A stretch of DNA of 64,000 nucleotides from positions 33,480,001 to 33,544,000 of the forward strand of contig OX597834.1 in assembly GCA_951406725.2 (NCBI GenBank), given 5' to 3'. Positions 13,771 through 27,185 of the stretch are shown here, piece after piece (the first letter of the stretch is position 1; every line of letters starts with the position of its first letter). A model generated the notes under the pieces. That model was not told the DNA's origin. It saw nothing but the letters and a program-made list of their open reading frames with translations, and did no database searches. This DNA is from Octopus vulgaris (taxonomy: Eukaryota). The position numbers were made by a program, and so were the translations under genes.

Positions 13771-15005
13771 GTCGAGTTTATCAGCACACCTATACATGCA
13801 CATGCACAATAAACAAATGTGTACATCAGCCAATTCAGATAACCACAAAACCTTGAAGAACTGTTATGACTTACAACAAAAGAGCCTTGCCAATATTAGC
13901 GACCAGATTGAAAGCTGCAAAGGGGGGGGGGGGGAGAACTTAAAATAAACCCCCAAACAAATACATACATATATATACATAGATGCATAGATACACACAC
14001 ACACACATATACACACACGCATGCATACATACATGTGCACACACACACACACATATATACACATGCATACACACACATGCTTACATAAAATACATACATA
14101 GACAAAACAGTTCACTCACACACGTGTACGCATCAGGACCCCCTCCCCCCGCCCATCACTCCCCGCTGCACTGGGCATCTGTCAAATTAAAACAACACCA
14201 CTTCTACTTTGCACATGGCCACCCACCTCTATTCCGATCCTCATTTCCCTGATTTCTCCCTTCCCCACAACCTCCTACACTTTCCTTACCTCCACCCCCA
14301 CCGTCTCTGTCTATGTAACAAAGGTTCTGCAACTGTACAAGACTGTGGAATGGGGTGGGAGGAGACAAATAGCTTTGTGGTGGTGGTGGTGGTGGTGGTG
14401 GTGGAGGAGGAAGTGATATTGATGTTTAGTGGTGATGGTGGTGGCAATAGTGATGAGGACGGTGTGATGTGGATAGTGGTATATGGTGATAATGGTGGCC
14501 GCAGTGGTAATGGTGATGAGGTAGGGTGATGGTGGTGGTAGTAGTACTGGTGGTGATGGTGTTGGCAGTGATGGCAGTAATGATTCGGTGGTGGGGGTGA
14601 TGTAGTGATGATGATGTGGTGGTGGTGATGGTTATTATGGTGGCTATGATAGTAGTGGTGGTGGTAGTGGTTATAATGGTAGGTACAGTGGTGGTGATCA
14701 CACAAAAGGTTAGAGTTGTGGTAATGGGGTGGAGAAAGGGGAGGGTGCATGTGTGGGTGGGGGGAGGGGCGGTTCAGGAAGTATGGTCCTTGTTCCTTTA
14801 GTCTTTGTGGTGGTGGTGTTTCTTGCCCTCCCTACTTCCTCCTCTCCCCTCCCCCTCTCATCCCAACACCCCCACCACTTGCAAAAGCCTCTTGGCACAA
14901 GTGTTAAAACTAAGTTGGCTGCCATCACCCCCACCCCACCCCACCATACTTAAACATGCAGCAATTCACATACATGCAACACATGCATATACATACATAC
15001 ACATA

Positions 15006-15038
<33 letters not shown>

Positions 15039-15349
15039 ATAATGTGCACTTAGACATACAATAATATATGCATGCACATAAAATTATATACACATATATC
15101 TACATACATATACAGCATGTATATATAGTCACATAACAAGCTAGAGATAAATTTCTATTCTATGTGGTCACTTGATCTGCTAGAAATAGTAGTCAAATCT
15201 CTCTCAAATCACACACTACTACTGTTCTAAACAAGGAAGAAACACATTGGATACAGTGGTTCTACATACATCTAAAACAGGAGGATGGTCTTTGATCATA
15301 AGCTTGTTCAATCGGGGTTGACGTTGGGTTTGTACAAGTATAACATGTA

Positions 15350-16130
15350 ATGGCACCCCGTCACTTACGACGATGAGGGTTCCATTTGATCTGATCAACA
15401 GAACAGCCTGCTCATGAAATTAACACGCAAGTGGTTACTCCACAGACACATGTACCCTTAACATAGTTCTCAGGAAAATTCAACATGACAAAGAATGCGA
15501 CAAGGCTGGCCCTTGTGAATTACAGGTACAACTCATTAATGCCAGCTGAGAGGACAGTAACATCATCATCATCATCATCGTTTAACGTCTGCTTTCCATG
15601 CTAGCATGGGTTGGACAAATTGACTGAGGACTGGCGAACCAGATGGCTGCACCAGGCTCCAATCTTGATCTGGCAGAGTGCGAATTAGGAATCAGCATCT
15701 TCAATTTAGTCTAAAACACATGCTTTTACCCCAGTAACAAAATCTTTGTTGCCCAGTGTAATTGTAACCCTTACTTTAAACCTTAACTTTAAGCCTAAAT
15801 CATGACCCTCACCTTTGGATTTGGTTCGTTGACTTAAAAAAAAAATAATGGCTTTTAATGTAGAAAGAAGGCCTGAATACAGCTGGATGCCTTTCCTAAT
15901 GCCAACCACTCTGAGAGTGTAGTGGGTGCTTTTACGTGCCACCAGCATGAGGGCCAGTCAGGCGGTACTGGCAATGGCTACAAAAAAATTGTGTTTTTTT
16001 TACGTGTCACCTGCACACCGGCACGAAATAAAGTGTCATGCTCAAGGACACAATACACTGCCGGGAATTGAACTCACAACCATACGATCATGAACCAAAT
16101 ACCCTAACCACTAAGCCACATGCCTTCATT
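15350..16130 (-). mobile_element. SINE family D copy interrupted by RTE-type non-autonomous element fragments
   Basis: 15350-15550 and 16025-16130 are reverse complements of the family D body and head (see 43273). 15562-15680 and 15880-16020 match the RTE-type element. Confidence 0.65.
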
Positions 16131-16139
16131 TATGAATAC

Positions 16140-16172
<33 letters not shown>

Positions 16173-16804
16173 TGTACATTTACATACAGCAAAACACAGA
16201 TACAAGCATACATACAGAAAAGCACATGCATCCACACATTGCACAATACCATTTCACAGCAGCACATGTGTATACATACACACATACAAATAGCATACAT
16301 GTAATCATTCTTTCTGCGATAGGCACAAGGTCTGAAATTTTGAGGGGAGGGGACAATCAATTACATTGAAGCCCAATGCATGACTGGTACTTATTTTATC
16401 CCGAAAGGATGAAAAGCAAAGTCAATCTTGGTTAACGATTCTGCCAGCTCACCACCTTAGTATACATATAGTAATAATAAATTCAACACAAACTCACTTA
16501 AAGAATTTTGCAAACCAAATCCCAAAACGAAATAAATTATATACATATATATATCACCACACATGGACCATTGACAATTTTCCTTCTTCTTTGGACATTT
16601 CCCTTTCTCCTTTCCGATGAAGAGCCATGCTCAAAACATTAAAAACTCACTCCATTCACTAAGCATCAAACTAATGTTCGTTTTTTTTTTTTCTTTTCTT
16701 TTTTGAATTGATTGTTCATTGAATTGACTATATACATACATACATATATATATATATGTGTGCATGCATGTATACTATCAGATGTGTGTGTGTAACTATC
16801 ATAC

Positions 16805-16852
<48 letters not shown>

Positions 16853-17000
16853 AGTTACACACACACATCTGATAGTATACATGCATGCACACTTATGCAC
16901 ATGCAATAATATACTCACACACATGCATATATATATATATATATATACACACATACATACACACACAAACAATAATTTGTACAGTACTCTGTGTGTGTGT

Positions 17001-17036
<36 letters not shown>

Positions 17037-20000
17037 TAAGTACAATGTTCTCTCTCTATATATATGTGTATGTGTGTGTGTGAGTATGTATATATATACA
17101 CATACATACACATGCTATGCGCATACACATGAAAGCAAATCTGTCAAAGCAGCTGCTGCTGATGTATTTCAAAGTTGTCATCAAGTGGTCTCAGGACTCC
17201 TACTGTTACTACTACTACTACTACTTTCACCTTTGCTTTTTTCCTTCCTTACAACCACCACCACACCAAATCCTGTCTCCTACTTCTCTTCTTTCTCACC
17301 ACCACCATCGCCGCCGCCGCTGCCGCCACTGTCCTGCCTTAACTGCTGCTCAATGACTGCCTGTCTTCTTTCTACTTTGGTGAACCTGTATACCTCTGTA
17401 ATCTACCTGTGTGGGTCACCAGATCAGTTGACTATCAGCACCTGTACCAGTGACACACTATAACTTGCTGTGCTCTCTGTTCAGTCACACACACAAGCAC
17501 ATATATGCAACACAAACCCCTCATCCATTCATATCGCAGTAGAGCAAACATAATATATAAATACACACATACAAACATATGTATATAGAAAAACATATAT
17601 AAATATATTTGCTCACATTATTATACATATTTATCTCTATATATTTTTGAAACATACTATATATATGTATTTTGTGTATGCATCCTCTTCCAAGTAAGTT
17701 TTATATATATATATATATAATATATGGACTTAGAAAAAAGGAGGCAATATAGTTTTTTTATTTATCACATTTGTATTTTGATACACACATACACACGCAT
17801 TTTATTTATTCAAGGCGGAATTGTACATAATTACATATACAATCTTCAAAATTAATTGTCCACACACAAACTGACATATCTATTTATCTATCTATCTCTC
17901 CACATACACACAGATTTACATGTATTTATATCTATTTATATATTTATTGTTTGTTATATATCTATATACACCATTTTTTTCTTCAACTTTTTAACACAAA
18001 TACACGCATACACACACACTTATATATACTTTTTCACACACAGAAACGCACATATACAGATCTGATATTCTAAGGCAAGGAAATTTTCACGTGGAAAACT
18101 ATTATAGAAAAGAGAGCTGGAATTAAATCTGATCTCTTTTGAAATTTTTGGAATTTTTAAAAAAAGTGGAATTGATATCTTAGCCACATCTTGACATACA
18201 AGGCATTGACTCCCACTTATATACATCCTTATTCATACATATCTTCTCTCATCTATATATATATATACATACACATATAGGGGAATAGGTGCCTGTTAGT
18301 GTATTCACACATGCGTACATATCCATGAGAGGGTACTCAATACAGTATATTAAGTGATATTTAAAGCTAAAACTTAGCTGTTTCTACTCAGAGTTACTCT
18401 TTTCTCCTAACACACACACACACAGAGTATATATATGTATATATATATAACATTTCATGACATTTACAAAGTTTGGTGAGGATAAAGAACACATACACAA
18501 ACAGAGCACGCATTGCTCAGCTGTCCCCTATAAACAATCAGAATCAAAGGGACAGCAGTGTACACACATACCTCACCGTCTCCCCTCTCTCTAGCTGTTC
18601 CCTTTCTCTGTAACTACATACACACACACACAGAGGAGGGACTATGCTGGAATGTTCTAATTTACAATGGAAAAATTAAGGACTTTTAACCTATTACTTT
18701 GGATTATCATAATTTGTAAGTTGATGACTTTTTTTCCCCCCTATTTTAGTTGTTGTTGTTTGTGTAATATGTGTATATTTGTTAATGTTGTTTAGCCCTT
18801 GGTCAGCCTTCATTGATCAAAGGCATTCTAGCTGTGATTGATCATTCCTTGATTTTTAGGGATATCTAGTGCTATATTATGTAATGTGTTAAATGTCCTT
18901 CTTTTTATCTTATTTTTTAAGTCAACAGAGTGTGAGTTCAGTGATGTTTAGCTGCTATTTCAATGTGCTTCTCTTTTGTGTGTATATGTGTGTGCATGCA
19001 CATGTGTGTGTGTGTGTGTATGTTGCCTGTACTTTTGTGTGTGTGTGTGTGTGTGTGTGTTGTGATAAACTTACTTTTGTCTATGTGTTTGTATAACAGA
19101 AGACTACTTTTATATACGTGTACTTGTGTGTGTGCATGTGTGCATATATGTACGTGTGTGTGTTATGATTGACTATATTTTGTGTGTGTATATATGTTTA
19201 AGAAGACTTCACTTTGTGTGTGTGTGTGTGTGTGTGTGCATGTATGCAATGGAAGACTGTTTTGTGTGTGTGTGTGTGTGTGTGTGTCTAATTGATGTTT
19301 ACATTGAATATAACTTCCTTGTAGTATTGCAAAAGTCTGCATTTGCAGATTCTTCTTCTTCGTTGTTGTTGTAGGATGTATAACAGATCTTGCTATTCTG
19401 AAGGTAACTTTTTTTCTTTCCCACAATAGTTGTTGTTGTTTTCAACACACAAATACTTCCTTTTGTTGTTGTTATTGTTGTATCTTCTCCCTAAGCCGTT
19501 TCTTTCACTCTCTCTTGCCATCTTTTTTTCTCACCATCTCTCTCTCCCCCTCCCCTTCTCTCTTTTATTGTTGCCTTCTCTCCCCCCCTCTCTCTCTCTC
19601 TTCACGAACATTTTGCGTTTCATATTTTAAGAATTTTTTTTATTCTTTTAGTCATCCATTTCTTTCAGTCATTGGACTGTGGCCACACTGGAGCACTAAC
19701 TTATCGTGTTAGTCAAATAAATTGACCTGAGGACTTCCTTCAAGTCTGGTGCTTAATCTATCAGTCTCCTTTGCCGAATCACTAAGTTACAGAGACATAA
19801 ACAAACCAACACCTGTAGTCAAGCAGTGGGGCAGGGAACAAATACAAAGACCCATATGCACACACACACAAAAACAAACACAAAACGGGCTTCCTTACAG
19901 TTTCCGTTTACCATATTTATTCATATAACATTGATTGATGACCTTGCAGGGCTATAGTAGAAGACACTTGCCCAAGGTACAGCACATTGGGACTGAATTC

Positions 20001-20954
20001 TGAGACCATGTGTTTGTGAAATTAATTTCTTAACCATGCAGCCAGATCTGCATCCAAAATATTTATTTGTTTATTAAAAGTTCCTTTGAATGAAAGACAG
20101 GTGGTTGTAGTATGGGGAAATAAGACACTACCCCTTTCCCCACCCAGCATCTTATTTGCCTTTTGTTCCTTTTGCTGTGAAGACACTTGTCTTAGTGGTT
20201 AGGGTGTTCGACTCACAATTGTAAGGTTGAGAGTTCAAATCCCCGTGGTGCATTGTACCCTTGGGCAAAACACTTTAAGTTGCTCCAGTCCACCCAAATT
20301 GTAAGGTCGAGAGTTCAGTTCCCAATGGCAATTTGTGTCCTTTATTTCACATCGATCCAGTCCTCTCAGCTGGTAAAAAGGAGTTGTACCTATAATTCAA
20401 AGGGACCAGTTTTGCCACATTCTGTTTGTACTGAATCTCCTTGAGAACCACATTAAGGGTACATCTGTGGGGTACTCAGCCACTTACATGTTAATTTCAC
20501 GAGCTGACTGCTCCATTGATTGGATCAACTGGACCCCCCCCCCCCCGCTTCCCGCACACCAAATGTCTACATCTACCTGTTATTACTTTATAAAGTTTTG
20601 ATCCTAACATCCCCCACCACCCTTATCAAATATGTGTGTAGGACAATGCTGAATGCATTGTGTGTGCACAGGGTTCACTCTCCAAGCAATTGCTGATTCG
20701 TGGACTTAGGGAGAATAGCTGGTTATCATTTGCCAGATTCATTTGGTCTCTGAGTCCATCATAAAAATTACTCCAGTACCTTTCATTTGCTGGTAAGGGC
20801 TGGTAGGTTTCATCTAGGGCAGTGTTTCTCAACCGTTATTTATCAATGAAACCCTTGGATTACTTTTTTATTCTGGTGGACCCTCATAGCTGTTTGATGT
20901 TTAAAAACAAATTTTATAGATACTTCTTTCCAAGTTCCCATTTTGTTAATACTA

Positions 20955-21290
20955 TTCTATATATTTTTGAGATGAGGAATTATGTTCATTATTTACAATT
21001 GGACGGATAGGTGTCCTCACCTTGTTTGTCGTTACCACATTTCGGCTGATGTACTCTCCAGCCTTCATCAGATGTTCTTTTGGAATTTAAAACCTAACCC
21101 TTTATTTGTCTAATGGGGTACTCTGTTCTCATTCTTAAGATATTCTTTTTAACTGGTGTTATTTTTTTCTGTTGATATTATTTCCCAAGTCCCTGTCTGG
21201 GATTGAATTCAAAATTCAAAGGTTAGTAACACGTGCTCTTATCCACTATGCTATATGCCCGTGGGCATAGCATTGTGGATAAGAGCGTTA
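20955..21290 (-). mobile_element. tRNA-headed, hammerhead-bearing element (family H) with fold-back head
   Basis: Colinear with 54421-54645. - strand CUGAUGA A GGCUG..CAGCC GAAA at 21071-21040. Head hairpin 21235-21286 centred on atgcccgtgggcat. Confidence 0.75.
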
Positions 21291-21399
21291 TTCACACATT
21301 CACTTGTTAAGATTGAACTGTGTAACATGTTAGAGAAGGAAACCTAGTTGTTTCTTGCAACATATCAATACATTTAAATCCAAAGCTTTTCATGGCTGC

Positions 21400-21628
21400 T
21401 TAACCCTTTAACATTTAAACCGGCCACATCTAACCCAGATAATCTACCTATTTTACTTTCAAAACCAGCCAGATCCAGCCTTTTACATTTATTCTACAAC
21501 ATCATTTTAAAAAATAAACAGTTGCCTCATTGGAATTTCAAAGCTATGAGATAATGCAGGATTAATTAAACAACTGTAATTAAATAAGCATTACATTTGA
21601 TACAGTAATCTGAATACTAAAAAGTTAA
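21400..21628. mobile_element. piggyBac-like MITE family P1
   Basis: TTAA-ccctttaacattt ... gaatactaaaaag-TTAA; body matches 32398-32624. Confidence 0.75.
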
Positions 21629-22666
21629 AATACTACAGTGGGTCCCCAACTTTTTTGCTAGTGTGAACTCCCAAAAATCTTTTATGAACCCCAGGGGTCA
21701 GATGGATTCCAGTTCAGTACCACTGATCTGGGTAGTGGTTACAGTGAAAGGGGGTTTATGGAAACACAACTGAAATGATCGAACACAGATATTTCCCTCC
21801 TTTTTTAGTGGTCAAAGCTTCTTTTAGTTCTATTTAGAAAGGAAATTGTTGGCAGTTTTCCTTTGTGGGGTGGCTATGGTGGAAGGCATTGTACCAATGA
21901 AACAACTGAGGACAGATATTTTCCTCCTTTGTTAATCACACAGCTGGAGCTTTGCTGAGTTTCATTCAGAAAGAAAGGTGAGTCTGCAGAGGCAGGTGGT
22001 GCCCTCCTTTATGAAGATCGATGTGCCCATCATGACTGCCTCTCTGATAAGGGTGCACCAGGTACATACTTCACAACCATATATGTGTGGCAGGGTGATC
22101 TTGTCTCAAGAAAAACAGTGCATGACCTTACAGATGGGCCTATTTTGAACCCATCCTGCTCAAAATGTTCCTAAATAAGGGTTGTTTAAGGATGAGACGC
22201 CCATGTTTCTTGGGGTGAATTATTCAAACCCCAAAGAATCCTTCTCAACACATGACTATGATGCTCCCCCACTACTTCTGCTCATGATCAGAGATGCACA
22301 AATTATAAGTCACTAAAGGACATGCTCGACTGGTTAAGATCAAACAACTGACAAGCAAATCTGTGGTATTGAGCAGAATATTTGCTGTAGCCCATCTTTT
22401 ATACCAAGAATATTTGCTGTAGCCCATCTTTTATACCAAGGCCAAACAATGTATATGATAACACTTCCAATCAGTTAAGATCAGAAGCCACGAGAGCCAC
22501 TGCCTGGTACTGCAACAGGGCATTTATTATTATTATTTTTATTGTCCTCATTATTATTATTATAATTATTGAGTGAGAGAGCAGCACATGCCTTCAAAGT
22601 GAAAAGTCCACATTAAAATGATGTTGATGATGATGATGAGATTTGTAAAATATAACTTTATCAGTA

Positions 22667-23104
22667 TGAACCCTTCAGCATTTAAACTGGACATATCCAG
22701 CCAGAATACTCTACCTGTTTTTCTGTTCAAACTACCCAGATCTGGCCTCTCTCACCTACCCTACTGTGTTGTTTTTCAAAACATACAAACACATCACTGA
22801 AAACTCAGAGCCAAGGGATAATGCATGGTTAATTCAAAATAATGTGAATAAATAAGGATTTTTAGGTGCAATCCCATGGTCATTCATGACCGAAGGGTGT
22901 CTTTATCCTTTACCCTATGTACTTATAATAATGTGAAGAAGGACAGCTGTTATGCATGGGTGATTGCTGGTCTTCCATAAACAACCTTGCCCAGACTTGT
23001 GCCTCGGAGGGGAACTTTCTTGGTGTAAACCCATGGTCATTTATGACTGAAGGGGTCATGACCCTTTTACATTTGACAGAGTAATCTGAAAGCTAAAGAG
23101 TTAA
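22667..23104. mobile_element. piggyBac-like MITE P1 inserted in a P2 remnant and itself interrupted at 22861-23067
   Basis: tgaa-cccttcagcattt ... gaaagctaaagag-TTAA. P2 sequence on both sides (22640-22666 and 23105-23232). The internal insert has two copies of ggtgcaatcccatggtcattcatgaccgaaggg..accctt. Confidence 0.65.
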
Positions 23105-25019
23105 TCTCTTGTGTGGAACATAAACTACCATGAAATTTTGATGGAAGATTTTGATTTGTATCGTTTTAAAACAGGAAGTTTGTATCATAGAACCAGGGTC
23201 AGTCTGAGGCAGGTTGGTCATAAGTGAATTTAAGCCATGTGGTCAACACGTGTGGCCTTCGTTTGTAAACACAGTTGGATGTTGATTGTGTAAGATTTTT
23301 GGATGGTTGTCGTCTATATTAAATGGGTCAAGTGACTTGTTAGAAGTTCCAGTTTTTGGTTACAGTATGGTGGTGGTGGTAGTTATGGTAGTAGTTTTGG
23401 TAATTGTGGTGGTGGTAGTGACCTTAGTAGTGGTAGTGGTGTTAGTATTAATGATAGTTGTAGTGGCAGTGGTAGTATTGGTTTTGACAGTGGTGGTGGT
23501 GGTAGTAGTAGTATTGTCAGTGGTGTTTAGCCCTAGGTTTGTCTTGATTGAACAAAATCCATGAATCAAAGATCTTCCAGTTGACACCATCCCATATTTT
23601 TCTTCCTCAGATGTACTATAATCTAGAACTACATTATTCAGTGTGTCCTTCCTTGTTTGGCTGCTATTCCTAGCAGGGCAAGTGACTATGCAGGAGCTTT
23701 CTCCATGGCTAGCTGTTCATAATTTCGTAGTGATGTTGATGGTAGTGATGATGCTGTTGCTAGCATTCATAACATTGTTGTTGTTGTTTAACCCCAGGTC
23801 AATCTGTGGTCCTCCTACTTTGCCTACTTGTAAAGGGCACACAACTTCACATCAACCACCCCCACCACTTGTTTCTTGAACCTCAATTTCTTTTAAGACA
23901 ATGTGATTTGAAAGAGATTTGGCTGCTATTTTTAACAGGCTGATTGATCACATAGCGGCTTCCCTTCTTTGCCTGTAATGGTGATTGATGTTGTTGGTGG
24001 TGTTGATGATGCTGGAGATAGTGATGATGATAATGATACTGGTAGTGTTGATGATGATGATAATTGAGGAGCTGGTGACGTCATTGATGATGATGATGAT
24101 GTTGATGGTGGTGATAGTGATGATGGTATTGATGGTGTTACATATAAATATCAAATTTCCACTTGTCGTCAATTTTCATTCGAAATATTTGAGTATAGAG
24201 TTGTATGTATATAATGATGTGTGTGTATATACAGTGTTGTGTGTACGTATAGTTTGGTGTGTGTAATTGCGTATGCATGTATAGTATGGTGCATGTGTAT
24301 GCTGCATATTATGTATATTTCGTGTATATATGTATGTGTGTGTGTATATATATATATATATGTGTGTGTGTATGTATATATATATATGTGTGTGTGTATA
24401 TATATGTATAGTTTGGTGTATATAATGTAATACATATATGTGCACACATACACACACCCACTCACACACAAATATATATGTATTTGTGTGCATATATATA
24501 TATATACTATGTATGTATATGTGTAGTGTGGTATATATATATATTGTGTATGTATAATCAGTATGCTGTGTATATAATGTTAAGTATGTGTAGGGGTTGG
24601 CACAACTGTCTCCAATCCTTTCTCTTTATAACAAAGAACTACTGTAAGTCATTTTAGATGCTGTAGTGGTGGTGGTGGTTGTTGTTGTTGTTCTGGTAGT
24701 CTGTAATAGTATAGTAGTAGTAGTAGTAGTAGTAGTATTAAAAGTCCTAATAGTCTTGTAGTAGTAATTTTAGTAGCTATAGTTGTGTCAACAGCAGTAG
24801 TTGTTAGTAGACCTGATAGTCTTCTGGTCCTCATTTTACTAACTGTAGCAGTATCAGTAGTTGTTGTTCTTAGTAGTAGTAGTAGTAGTAGTAATCCTTG
24901 TAGTCTGGTTGTTGTTATTTTCTAGGTCACTAAGTTATCAAGCATTGAGATAGAGGCACCAACAGACCATATTAGGTTTCACGTCTCCACAATCAAGGTT
25001 CAAATCCAAACATAGAGGT

Positions 25020-25638
25020 TTAACTCTTTAGAATTCAGCTTACTCTCTTGAATCTAATGCTTATTTATTCGCATTGGTTTGAATTAATCATGCATTTATC
25101 TCATAGCTTTGAGATTTTGATGGGTAGATTGTTTATTTCTAGAGTGATATTGTAGGGTAGGTGTGAGAGGCCAAATCTGACTGGTTTACTCTTTACTCTT
25201 TACTCTTTTACTTGTTTCAGTCATTTGACTGCAGCCATGCTGGAACACCGCCTTTAGTCGAGCAACTCGATCCCGGGACTTATTCATTGTAAGCCCAGTA
25301 CTTATTCTATCGGTCTCTTTTGCCGAACCGCTAAGTGACGCGGACGTAAACACACCAGCATCGGTTGTCAAGCAATGCTAGGGGGAGAAACACAAACATA
25401 CACACACACACTTATATATATGTACATATATACGACAGGCTTCTTTCAGTTTCTGTCTACCAAATCCACTCACAAGGCATTGGTCAGCCCGGGGCTATAG
25501 CAGAAGACGCTTGCCCAAGATGCCACGCAGTGGGACTGAACCCGGAACCATGTGGTTGGTTAGAAAGCTACTTACCACACAGCCACAAAAACAAAATATT
25601 TTGGCTGCATATGACTGGTTTAAATGCTATAGGGTTAA
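25020..25638. mobile_element. piggyBac-like MITE P1 split by a young SINE A insertion
   Basis: TTAA at 25020-25023 and 25635-25638; P1 halves at 25024-25185 and 25587-25634. Confidence 0.75.
25186..25586 (-). mobile_element. SINE family A, near full length
   Basis: Highly similar to 38121-38536; tail of (taaagag)-type repeats. Confidence 0.85.
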
Positions 25639-26583
25639 CATGCTGTTACTTCAAAAACTCAAGAGCCCTAACTTCTCTACTGCACCCCTTCCTCTTTCCA
25701 TTGTCCAACACACTCTTGCTCATCTATCTTTGTATTTTTATTGGTTGCATGAACCTTAGTATATCCCTGGTATTTACTTTGTGTCACTGAGAGAGCCTCT
25801 ACGTCAGCAGGTCTCAAATAGGGTGCCACATAGCACTAGTGTACCACAAGGAGTATCTAGATGTGCTGTGGTGTTTTAAAAATATAATTTAAGGCTTTAG
25901 AAAATCGATACTAGTTCTTGAGAAAGTTTGAACTTTCCCTAAAAACTGCCATTAATTGACATACATGCATATACATACGTATGCACATAGATGCATGCAT
26001 ACATACATAAGTACATACATACATACACACACATATATGCTTATATATAAGTAAATACATGAGAAAATATGTGTGTGTGTGTGTATATATACATATATAT
26101 ATATATGTATACACACACACACACACACACATGTATATTTATATGACCAAAAGCCTGTTAATGCACATGCATACATACACTCACACGTGCAAAGTGCTTT
26201 AGTTACACTCCTTTAAATTATGTTAAAATTATGTCTTTGAGGCAGGCAGCTGTTTGGGTCATGTGTTTGCCTCAAAATCCTTTTGGAATCAATAAAATAT
26301 GCTATATATGTTTGAAGGTGTTCCATTCCATTCTACTTAGATTGGCTTTCATTTCCCCAGGGTAGTGGAAAATGGATGGGGAATTGATAAAACAAGTACC
26401 TGTTATATGCTAGAGTTGTTTCTCTTCACTAAAACCCCATATTAAGAAAAAAAAGCAAACTGTCTCTTTGTTTCCATGATAGATGTCATTATAAATTAAT
26501 GTTAGTAATTATTATTATTATTAACCTTGTGGTTAATAAAGAAATCATTATTATTATTACTATTACTACTACTACTACTACTA

Positions 26584-27185
26584 AGGCAGCGAGCTGGCAG
26601 AATTGTTAGCACACTGGATGAAATGCTTAGCGGTATTTCACCCATCGCGACATTCCAAGTTCAAATTCCACTGAGGTCAATTTTTACCTTTCATCCTTTT
26701 GGGGTTGATAGAAGTTAAAGACTGGGGTCAGTGTAATCGACTCATCCCCTCCCCCAAAATTGTTGTCCTTGTGGCAAAATCTGAAATCATTATTATTATT
26801 ATTATTATTATTATCATTATTATTATTATTACTTCGTTTGCTGTTACGTTCTGAGTTCAAATTCTGCCGAGGTCGACTTTGCCTTTCATCCTTTCGAGGT
26901 CAATAAATTAAGTACCAGTTACGCACTGGAGTCAATATAATTGACTTAATCCATTTGTCTGTCCTTGTTTTTCCCCCCTGTGTTCAGCCCCTTGTGCAAA
27001 GAAAAAAAAAAATTATTATTATTGTTATTATTACTATTATGGCAGTAAGCTGGCAGAATCGTTAGCACAATGGGCAAAATGCTTAGCAATATTTCATCCA
27101 TCTTTATCTTCTTAGTTCAAATTCTGCCGAGATTGATTTTGCCTTTCATCATCTTGGGGTCGATAAAATAAGTACCAGTCAAGCA
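26584..27185 (+). mobile_element. Head-to-tail array of three SINE family B copies separated by (ATT)n
   Basis: Repeated ggcagcgagctggcagaat..., gttcaaattc and catcctttcggggtcgataaa blocks. Confidence 0.75.

Larger units (their letters stand above)
20820..21725. mobile_element. hAT (Charlie-like) MITE hosting nested insertions
   Basis: Termini cagtgtttctcaacc ... agttcagtaccactg, with near-duplicated 8-mer flanks atctaggg (20812-20819) and atctgggt (21726-21733). Contains the hammerhead element 20955-21290 and a P1 MITE 21400-21628. Confidence 0.65.

Noticed and set aside
14725-14775. G-quadruplex-capable G-runs (and the C-rich tract 7300-7480)
   Set aside because: Embedded in generic low-complexity sequence that is common throughout the window; nothing specific to support function.
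16885-17463. 192-aa ORF overlapping a GC-richer unique stretch
   Set aside because: The first half is microsatellite, the rest low complexity; no domain similarity recognised.
21990-22530. GC-balanced segment as a possible exon or nested gene (contains a 32-bp tandem duplication near 22376-22440)
   Set aside because: Stops in all frames I read and no recognisable domain; probably an unclassified repeat fragment.
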